64,000 nt of DNA, taken from NCBI RefSeq assembly GCF_006345805.1, contig NC_042998.1, positions 171,554,001 through 171,618,000 of the forward strand, in the 5' to 3' direction. Under the pieces are notes generated by a model. That model made no database searches. It saw nothing but the letters and a program-made list of their open reading frames with translations, and had not been told where the DNA came from. This document shows positions 54,486 through 64,000 of this stretch, piece by piece (the stretch's first letter is position 1; each line of letters opens with the position of its first letter). This DNA comes from Octopus sinensis. Taxonomy: Eukaryota. The position numbers and the translations under genes are program-made.

Positions 54486-55397
54486 TAACAATAATAACAA
54501 TAACAATAATCAAACACAATACTATTCAAAAGCCAAATAATATTGATAAGCAAAAACCGTTACTTAGCTTGTTGATGAAAATAATATTAATGAATTTTAA
54601 ACGTAAAAAATATAGGTCAAAGTGTTTAAAAAAATTAAATGTGTGAAGACTTTGTGTAAATAAACAGAATAAATTATCAATGAAAATGGCGAAAACTATT
54701 TACTCATGAAAAATGCGAGAAACATCTAAGCCTCATGAATTAAAGAAAGGTAAGAAAAATAGTAGAACAAATGAACAATCCACTATGAAGACATTCAACT
54801 ACGACCGACAGTCCACTACAAATCTAGTTAATAATAATAATAATAATAATAACAACGATCAAACCCAATATAATACAAAATCCAAATAATATTGATAAAC
54901 AAACAACGTTACTAAGCTTACTCTTTTACTCTTTTACTTGTTTCAGTCATTTGACTGTGACCATGCTGGAGCACTGCCTTTAGTCGAGCAAATCGACCCC
55001 GGGACTTATTCTTTGTAAGCCCATTACTTATTCTATCGGTCTCTTTTGCCGAGTTGATGAAAATAATATAATTGGATTTTAAATGTATAAAAATAGGTCT
55101 TAGCATCTTAATTAATATGCACAATGCTAGTACAAGTCATAAATACTGGAATCAAAAATAGGAAATGGTTCAAATATACACAATATTATATATAATCTTA
55201 ATTAGAGTAACACTAACTAGCAATTATTAAACTATAGAGTCATACAAGTATAATTATATTTAACATAGTTGTGTATACTTAATGAAAGACTTCGTGAAAC
55301 TTATCAAACCTTTCTCCAAATCATTCATATCATGTACTTAAGGACAATGATAAGTATACTGAGAGTTTACAAAGAAATAGAGAGCTTTTATACTTAC

Positions 55398-55507
55398 AGT
55401 GAAAGACGCAGCACATTATCAAAGGCTGAGTAGCCATATTTCCCATTATTAAGGACAGCAACACCATAACCATATTCAGAAAGGTCAGCCCATTTATGAC
55501 CACACAC
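55398..55507 (-). CDS. MAN2C1: MAN2C1 window exon 5
   Basis: Acceptor atataag, donor gtaagt; VCGHKWADLSEYGYGVAVLNNGKYGYSAFDNVLRLS(L), 110 nt, phase 0-2; conserved HKWADLSExGxGVALLNDxKYG motif. Confidence 0.96.
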
Positions 55508-56989
55508 CTTATATGATAAGAAAATAGAAACATTAACAAGTAAGGACAAATTATTATAAAATTAGTATTCTAAATTATTACTATAAATAATAGTACATCA
55601 CAGGCATGATGTGAAATTTTTGTAGATCTGAATGTGATTACTCTGCCATACAACTACCCACAAATAGCAAGCAGCAAGCAACTATAAAATAATCAAGCTC
55701 ATTGTTAGTGAGAATGTAAGTCCCCAAGATAATCAGACATAGTTTGCAACACTATTTTGGAAACTTTTGTAATGTTACTCAGACAGAAATATGTTTTTCA
55801 TTCCCTTTGAGTACATCACTGACACAATGAGATAGTAATTTGTTAACATGTGAAATGATTAAATTCTTCCTTCATTTTGCATCACATTCAGAGTATCTCT
55901 TGCAGAAGTGAAGTACTTGCTTAATAATTTTAATTTCCAACAAGTCTGTATATTGCCTCCATAATATTTAATAACTAGCAGGTGGGGAGACAGAAAAAAT
56001 GAAATGTATCAAAACAGTATTGGATCAGTTTTGACAGAAATATTTTAATTAAGCTAAAAGCTAACATTTTAAGAAAATACCCTTCTGTACAATAGAGTTT
56101 GAATTGCAGAAATGACAAGATATTTAACTAAACTTTGTAGAGTATCTATCATTCTATTCTTTTGGTTATTACTTCTCAATCTAGCACCTGTAGTCTTATC
56201 TAAACACTTTAGTCAAAACCTTTGTGGATTTGATTAACTCTTTTTTATATATTATCACTGCAAGCATACAAAAAAATCTCTGAGATGTTTGTTCAATGGA
56301 AAGACACCAGGTTTATATTAATTTTCATCATATCACCATTCTAGAATAGTTGTCACTCTTGCTATGACAGTCAGTAGGTAAAATCTACAGTAACATTTAA
56401 TAAACCACACTGATATATGAACAAACCTTGAGGATTGGTGAAAGAAAATCAGCAGCTCATAATCACTTGGAATTGCTTGTTATCTTTTATTCACTTGACA
56501 GATACACTACTCAAATAATGAAGTTGTAATGATGATGACTAGAAATGCTGTCACATTCTAAAATTAAGACTATCAAGGTCCAGAGACAAATAATGGCCAG
56601 TGTTTATGATGATGATGGTGATGATAATGAAGATAATAAAAAATGTAGAAATGGTAGCAGAGGTGGTGAACATGATGATTATGATGTGATAGCATTAGTT
56701 ATAAACAAATTATACAAGGTAATGAATATATTCTGACATTTTCAAAACCTTCATAAAGACAGAATGTTTTCAGTAGTTGGTAACAACAAGAATAAACTCA
56801 ATGAGTATGAGTTAGTGGAGAAGCCTCTACATAGCTGCTCGGTCAGTGAGAAATAGTGATCAAATCTCCCTCATATCATGTCCTACCATCTTAGAAAAAG
56901 GACACATTGGACAAGACAAAGCAGTTCTAGATATGTGAAAACACTGGCTTTTATTGCAGATCTGCTTGCTCAATGCTGACTTGGGGCAA

Positions 56990-57005
56990 AACAACAACAA
57001 CAACA

Positions 57006-57100
<95 letters not shown>

Positions 57101-57112
57101 GCAGCAGCAGCA
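56990..57112. repeat. Compound (CAA)/(CAG) trinucleotide tract, intronic
   Basis: CAA run, about 11 CAG, long CAA run, then CAG run; lies in a MAN2C1 intron. Confidence 0.95.
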
Positions 57113-57163
57113 ACTGCTGCCGCCACTACCACTACTGTTGCCGCCACCATCAAAAAATGTCCA

Positions 57164-57342
57164 TTAACCCTTTAGCATCCAGATTTTTGAATTAATTATG
57201 TATTATCTCACAGCTTTGAGATTTTGATGATGTGACTGTTTATTTTTAGGATGACATTGTAGGGTAGGTGTGATAGGCTTGATCAGTCCAGTTTGAACAA
57301 TAAAACAGCTGAATATGGCTGGTTTAAATGCTAAAGGTTTAA
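57164..57342. mobile_element. piggyBac-type MITE
   Basis: TTAA-ccctttagcat ... atgctaaagg(t)-TTAA inverted termini, about 170 bp. Confidence 0.75.
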
Positions 57343-57372
57343 AGGAAAAAACAATGTTGAAATATTACTCAC

Positions 57373-57516
57373 CTCAAAACGTGCAGAATCCCAAGAGGTA
57401 TTACTGTGAGTTGGTCTTTCTAGGAAACCATACTGGGTTTCATAGCTGGCTCTTGCTGTTGTCAAATTAAATGGAAATTCTACCTTTAAGAACTTGTGGG
57501 ATTCATTCCATTCTAC
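57373..57516 (-). CDS. MAN2C1: MAN2C1 window exon 4
   Basis: Acceptor cttcattgcag, donor gtgagt; [48 protein letters not shown] (144 nt), with the diagnostic HKFLKVEFP and RPTHxNTSWDxARFE motifs. Confidence 0.97.
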
Positions 57517-58062
57517 CTGCAATGAAGAAAAGAAAAACGATTGTGCGATTACACCCATTTTTTCCCTAATCCATTCAACTATTCCCGTGTTTTCAAAACA
57601 ATAGGTAATTATCCAAATAAGGAGAAACTAGAGATCTGGATGATTGTTCCAGAACTGAACTAGAGTTCAATACCCAAACATGAATCATCATCGTTCATCA
57701 TCATCGTTTAACGTCCGCTTTCCATGCTAGCATGGGTTAGAATGAATATGCCTAAAATATCAATTTAACAATAATATATTCTTTTATTCAATCATTTGTC
57801 TCAGTCATTGGACAGCAGTTATGTTGGGGCACCATGTTTGAAGGGGATTTTGTTGATTGAATTACCCCAGTACATATTTTTTTCAAGTCTGGTACTTATT
57901 CAAACTGTCTTCTTTGCTGAACTGCTAAATTAATGAGGATAAAAACAAACCACACTGGTTGTTAAGTGGTGAGATACAAAACATAATTGAACACACACAT
58001 GCAAACAAACACACACACACGCACATGCACACACAAACACACACACACATGCAGATATTCTT

Positions 58063-58432
58063 TTACTTGTTTCAGTCATTTGACTGTGGCCATGCTGGAG
58101 CACTGCCTTTAGTCAAGCAAATCGACCCCAGGACTTATTCTATCTATTGGTCTCTTTTGCGGAACCGTTAAGTTATGGGGACGTAAACACACCAGCATCG
58201 GTTGTCAATCGATGTTGGGGGTGACAAACACAAACACACAAACATATACACACACATACATATATACGATGGGCTTCTTTCAGTTTCTGTCTACCAAATC
58301 CACTCACAAGGCTTTGGTCGGCCCGAGGCTATAGTAGAAGACACTTGCCCAAGGTATCATGAAGTGGGACTGAACCCAGAACCATGTGGTTGGTAAGCAA
58401 GCTACTTACCACACAGCGACTCCTATGCCTAT
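58063..58432 (-). mobile_element. Family B SINE, inverted relative to 59468-59882
   Basis: Reverse complement of the 59468 copy over about 370 bp, with a short internal deletion. Confidence 0.85.
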
Positions 58433-58486
58433 ATTTAAATGCAAATCAAAGAGGAATGTATTGATTAAAAACAAAAATGAACCTAC

Positions 58487-58573
58487 CTCAGTTTTAAATT
58501 TGATGAAGGGGCAGTTAGAATCCAAGATGATATGCTGAATAATATAACTGGAATTACTAATTCTCAAGTGAAC
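58487..58573 (-). CDS. MAN2C1: MAN2C1 window exon 3
   Basis: Acceptor tttcag, donor gtaggt; VHLRISNSSYIIQHIILDSNCPFIKFKTE (87 nt, phase 0-0), similar to recalled human [25 protein letters not shown]. Confidence 0.93.
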
Positions 58574-58745
58574 CTGAAATATGTAAAACACATCATTCAT
58601 TAACATAAATTTCATCAAGTTATCAATGCCATAAAAGTGAATTAATTATCACAGATTCTATGGAAGCACCAACAGGAAATTCATGTCACACAAGCTTATT
58701 ATTAATCTTTTTACTGTCAAAAGGCTCAATAAGGATTAAGCTTGA

Positions 58746-58876
58746 CCACTAGCACAGCTAGAGTGGGGTGGAGGGGTGGCACCACTTTTGGATCTTCTGT
58801 AGACAATACGTATTTTTTGAGGAGCAGCAAACTGAAGGGCTGCCCTAAGCAGCACACACTCTAGCTATGCTAGTGG
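58746..58876. mobile_element. Small MITE in a MAN2C1 intron
   Basis: Inverted termini ccactagcacagctagag and ctctagctatgctagtgg. Confidence 0.7.
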
Positions 58877-59107
58877 GCTTGATACTAATTTCTGTATGAT
58901 AATATCTGATAAAACCTAGCTGGACAGGAAATTTAATTCAAGAATAAGATGAAATGGGAATGATGGGACTCTAACATCAAAATTATCTAGCAGCAATGTA
59001 AAACAACTTGCAGCTATCTGAGCCAAATTTCACCATTATCCATTTCATAGGAATATTCCAAAGAGACAATAACATGAAAAGCATTAAAATAACCTTAATC
59101 AACTTAC

Positions 59108-59177
59108 CTTCACTGTTGACCGGATTGGGCCAGATTCAATAATAGTTGCCTTCTTGTCAACATCTTTAATGATTTTT
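59108..59177 (-). CDS. MAN2C1: MAN2C1 window exon 2
   Basis: Acceptor tgctttcttttag, donor gtaagt; (R)KIIKDVDKKATIIESGPIRSTVK; 70 nt, phase 2-0, in frame with both neighbours; GP-I/L-R motif typical of GH38 C-terminal domains. Confidence 0.88.
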
Positions 59178-59467
59178 CTAAAAGAAAGCAAGGGAACTAC
59201 TGAGAAAAAGGGTTTCAATTTCCCATGGGTAGAGTTGAACATTTCCTCTGTTTGTACAACTCCACTAAGAGCTGAAAATATTTGCTATGGGCATAGAACA
59301 GCTTCTGTGGCAGGTGGCTGTGATAGAGTGGTTGTTAAGAGATACTGTCCTTTTGTGGAAAAATCAGAACCTTGTTAACTGGAAGATGGTGGTAGAAATA
59401 CTGCTAGCCAGTTATGTTTACGGCACAGCTGTTTTGTCAATACTCTATCTGATACAATATAACAAAC

Positions 59468-59882
59468 TAGCTGTAGGAGTGGCTGTGTGGTAAGTAGCTT
59501 GCTTATCAACCACATGGTCCCAGGTTCAGTCCCATTGCGTGGCACCTTGGACAAGTGTCTTCTACTATAGCCTCAGCGCAACAAAAGCCTTGTGAATAGA
59601 TTTGTAGACGGAAACTGAAAGAAGCCCGTTGTATATATATATATGTGTGTGTGTATGTGTGTGTATATATGTTTGGGTGTCTGTGTTTGTTCCTCCAGCA
59701 TCGTTTGACAACTGATGCTGGTGTGTTTACGTCCCCGTAACTTAGCAGTTCGGCAAAAGAGACTGATAGAATAAGTACTAGGTTTACAAAGAATAAGTTC
59801 TAGGGTCAATTTGCTTGACTAAAGGCGGTGCTCCAGCATGGCCACAGTCAAATGACCGAAACAAGTAAAAGAGTAAGAGTAA
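59468..59882 (+). mobile_element. tRNA-derived SINE, family B (representative copy)
   Basis: Head ggagtggctgtgtggtaag ... ggttcagtccc, internal (TA/TG)n, tail gtaaaagag repeats. Other copies at about 43590-44000 (+) and 24621-25030, 25185-25382, 32960-33200, 34270-34560, 39620-39745, 54919-55050 and 58063-58432 (-). Confidence 0.85.
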
Positions 59883-62800
59883 GCAGTGAGAAATTTTACA
59901 GAAGATATCAGATTGTTTTATATCCTGTCCTAGCATGTCTATCTTATTTCTGTTAATGTTCCTGTTTTTGCAATTTTTATGATAATAACCAGAATGGTAA
60001 TGTAGCTGTAATAAACCAAGGAAAACTTCTCTTGACTATTAAAGAAATTATATAATCTGTTTAAAATATTTGTCTTTAATTTTATCAATGCTTCATAAAG
60101 TTAAAGATGCTGCAAGATACCGCTACAATGCTACCAGGTTTTAGGGATTATAATTTTTTTTGTCTTGAAGCTGTTAAAATATTTCTCTGTAAATGTGAAT
60201 TTAATGGTGGCAAAAAGTTTTTTTTTTTCTCAAATTTAAAAATTTTCTTGTATAAGAAATTGTTTGAATAATTGTTTAATAGGAGTGGAGGTGAATTTAT
60301 TAATCTGGATTAAGGGAAGCATGATTATCTTGCCTCATTTCTCTAAAGTACAAAAGAAAGCTATAATCATGATGAACAGGCATTATTTTTTAATATTAAA
60401 ATTAGTGAAATAAATTATTAATGAGAAGATAGTGGTTTTCTTTAAACATATAATTTGATATTGCAAACAAATGTTATCTCTATGGTTGATGTATGTTTAT
60501 TTGCACATTAGTATTCAGTCAACACAATTTTATTTGCTTCTGAATTTACCAGCTTGTAGATCCAACAACCATGTATATATAAACAAAGCATTAACAAAAT
60601 GTTGTTTCTGTTTTCATTGACATTGAAAACTTTTATAAGAGAAGGGTACAACTTTTTGACCTTCGTTATTTAATAGGTATTTCTCTGTAGTTGAAGGAGC
60701 CCTATTTAGATGAGAATTATTTTGGTTGTGAATGATGAGTTTTTTTCCCAAGAAGCATTAGCTTGCCAACAGTAAAATTGGTGTATTTGTTAGTATACAG
60801 ATTATTAATACTTAGAAACATCAGGCCGTGAGGAGACAGAAAGCGCATCATGTATTAGGCATAAAATATTCTTTTCACATTCCAAGTTCATATTTCATCG
60901 CAGTTGACTGATCTGGATTGCGAAATATAAGCTACATAAATTATTTGTCATATAGAAGACAGTTCTACTCTAGTTACTTAGCAATATTCTAGTTTGAAGT
61001 TAAATTTATTCCAATTTTAAAATTTCTATTTTAGTTACTTTTGTATAAATGTTTTATAAATTTATATAGTTCAATATTTTCATAGCTGGCACTGTTTAAA
61101 TTTTCATCATGTCCAGTTTTCCATGCTTGTATGGTTGAATGGAACTAGTTGAGGTGGATTTTCTACAACTGAATTCCCTTCCTGCCGTCAGTCCTAACCT
61201 ATTACCAAGCAAGATATTTTCCTATGACCAGGCACGTTTCCATAGAGGATTGGAGATAGACATTGCCTGCATCATGGTGACACTTGTTTACAACTATCAC
61301 ATGATGTCAAAGCAAGGAGACAATAACACACACACTTCAATTTTTATTTTCCAAATCCACTTGAAGGCTTCAGTTGGCCTGGGGCTATAATAGACACTTG
61401 CTCAAAGTACCATACAGTGAAACTGAATCCAAAACCATGTGGTTGGAAAACAGACTTCTTACCACAGAGCCATATCTGTATCTAACCAGAATTTAAAAGT
61501 AAATGCCAGTTTTAATTGTAGATTTTAGCATGGAAAGCAGACATTAAATCATGACAAATAAAAGCATTTTAATTAATACACAAAAATCTTAGGGGACCAA
61601 ATCATAAAAGATATAAGAATATTGCATATCAGCTTTTGAAGTATGAGATATGTTATCGAATCTTGGTGTACTATAATTTATGATAATGATTGGACATGTT
61701 AAAACTTGGTGTTTTAGGATATCAGTTGTAAAAACTTAATCTTTTTATGGTTTATATATTTACATCTGTTAAAGCCAATTGTTTCTAATCTTCCTATATC
61801 TGATAAGGATGTTCCTATGTCTTAAAGTATTCAATGGTCATAGAAGACCCTGCTAGTTGATAGCTAACTGCTTACTTCACTTCAGTCATCATCATCATCA
61901 TCGTTTAACGTCCGTTTTCCATGTTGGCATGGGTTGGACGGTATGTGTTCTTTAGTTCTTTAGTGTTCTTTAGTTTTTGCATATAGTTGTTTGCAAATTG
62001 TTTCACAACTGCAGACACAATGGTTGTGAGGTTAAGATGCTGATCTACTGACATAGAGGTTCAGGTGTTAGTACTATCATGTTATACTTCAAGTTTTTAA
62101 TTCATTGTTGTGGACCTTAAACTGTAAAAAATATTGCTTCAATTGGTAAACCATTCCACCCTGAAAAGTTAATACAACAGTAAGCCTTTAAAGAAAATGT
62201 TTTATTTCTTTATTTTTTGATCAGTTTTACATTTAAGAAATTTAATTGTAGCTGTGATACCAGTGCTGATGGCACGTAAGAATACCATCCGAATATGGCC
62301 GTTGCCAGCGCTGCCCTGACTGGCCTCCATGCTGGTGGCACGTAAAATGCACCATCCGATTGTGGTCGTTGCCAGCCTCGTCTGGCCCCCATGCCGGTGG
62401 CACATAAAAAGCACCATCTGATCGTGGCCGTTTGCCAGCCTCGTCTGGCACCTGTGCAGGTGGCACGTAAAAAGCACCCACTACACTCACGGAGTGGTTG
62501 CGGTTAGGAAGGGAATCCAGCCGTAGAAACACTGCCAGATCAGACTGGGCCTGGCGCAGCCTTCTGGCTTCCCAGACCCCAGTTGAACCGTCCAACCCAT
62601 GCTAGCATGGAAAACGGATGTTAAACGATGATGATGATGATGATGCAAAAATCTATTTTTCAGAACCACATTAAAGCTTATTGTGTAAATGACAAATTTA
62701 GCCTGAATGGACAATTATCAGTCAACAAGGGCGCAACAGGGGCTCTGAATGTCTTGAATCCTCTTTGATGACAAAAATGAAACAAAACAGTTTGCGTTTT

Positions 62801-63199
62801 AAATTGATGGTTCAATTTGAATATATTTAGCAAAAAAACAAAAAAACAAAAAAAACAACATGTAGTTTATGATATCAACATAAATCTTTCAATATTATGC
62901 CATTTTAGAGATAATTTAAACATGCTTGGAAACAAGCACCAAAACAAAAAATGGTAAAAGTAATATCAAAGATTATATAATATTACAAGCATGAATTAAA
63001 AGACCACACTCTCAAATCATTAAAGAGTCAAAATTTGGCAAATGTAAACTTGTTGCCCTGGATATCAGCAAATGTAATTCCTGGGGATAAAACAATTGCC
63101 TCAGTTGTAAGTAAATATATTAAACAAATTTAATGACTAATAAGATAATTCAACTTCAGAGTCTCAAACACTAATGAGAAAATATGAAATATTATCTAC

Positions 63200-63304
63200 C
63201 TTGTCTCAAGATGATAATCCATAACATCCCAAGCATCCCAGTACAGTGGAACATCATTAAAGATAACAAACTGGTTTCCAAGACCTTTGTGAAGAATAAA
63301 TTCC
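63200..63304 (-). CDS. MAN2C1: Alpha-mannosidase 2C1, window exon 1 (upstream exons lie outside the window)
   Basis: Acceptor tttttag, donor gtagat; translates (R)[34 protein letters not shown](R), matching the [27 protein letters not shown] motif recalled from MAN2C1; phase 2-2. Confidence 0.95.
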
Positions 63305-63482
63305 CTAAAAATGCAATGCAGCAGAGATAAGTAATTTTTTATATCAAGAAAATGAAAATCAAAATTAAAAAAAAATGAAATAAGCTATTGTTTCATTAAT
63401 TTGGTTTTTTTCAATTTCAGAGTCAAATTAATTGCTAAAGCAAAATAAGGAATGATTCATTTTACTATTAAAGTCTGGGGTC

Positions 63483-64000
63483 TTATGAGGGGTGTTCATT
63501 AAAGATTTCCTCTGGCCCACTTCCAGTTATTGCAGGAAATGGAACTTGTACAGGTATAATCATACACGTCTCTAAATGTCACATTGTAAATTGCAGCTTT
63601 CCACTAGTATTCGTTTGTCTTTTACGGCTGCTGAAGTAGACTAAGGTGTTATAATGATGGCAGTTGAATGGGGATCAGTGATCAGGTTCTTATACTTGAA
63701 AGGTCATACACCAAAAGAAGTTTATGGTGATGATGCATCATCATATGATCTAGTCAAGCACTGGCATCACCAGTTCAAATGTGGTTGGACATTGCTGGAA
63801 ACTGCTCCTATTCCTGGATGACCACGTTCAGGCATTGATGACGACACCATCCATAAAGTGGAAGCTGCCATTTTGGAGGATTGCCACATAACTATTCAGC
63901 AACTAGCCCAAGAAGTGGAGATAAGTGCATGGTCCATGGAAAAAAAATCATTCACAACCATTTGCACATGCAGAAGTTGTCTGCATGATGGATTCACTGG
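63483..64000 (+). mobile_element. 5' part of a decayed mariner element in the MAN2C1 intron
   Basis: TIR-like tatgaggggtgttcattaaagatttcc; relic peptide SVIRFLYLKGHTPKE..YGDDASSYDLVKHWHHQFKCG..PG*PRS..HKVEAAILEDCHITIQQLAQEVEIS (mariner HTH region) with stops. Confidence 0.82.

Noticed and set aside
56860-57175. Poly-Q, poly-T and poly-V/A ORFs
   Set aside because: All frames are open only because of the CAA/CAG microsatellite. The tract is intronic to MAN2C1, with no splice or domain context.

Overview
AT-rich, repeat-dense eukaryotic genomic DNA. The SINE families match, from my recollection, those abundant in Octopus genomes; the species assignment is inference. The only firmly supported host gene is the 3' part of a cytosolic alpha-mannosidase (MAN2C1, GH38) on the minus strand. 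It has nine GT-AG exons from 63304 down to the stop at 33965, and they splice in frame to about 328 aa; the 5' exons lie beyond the window. A second, unidentified minus-strand gene probably starts near the left end: a phase-1 signal-peptide exon at 1725-1787, perhaps with an upstream exon at 2740-2800. The rest is SINEs of at least four families, non-autonomous Helitrons, MITEs and fold-back elements, decayed mariner, piggyBac and Chapaev-like transposases, RTE, CR1 and Penelope fragments, and microsatellites. The most unusual structures are a roughly 2.5 kb tandem array (7 copies, one shared junction) built from part of a SINE-like element, inverted SINE pairs bracketing MAN2C1 exons, two long near-perfect hairpins, and a telomere-like array with a 20-bp higher-order period inside an inverted-repeat element. 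I found no convincing evidence of a wholly new biological system; the findings are hypotheses to test. All coordinates were read by eye, and repeat boundaries are approximate.
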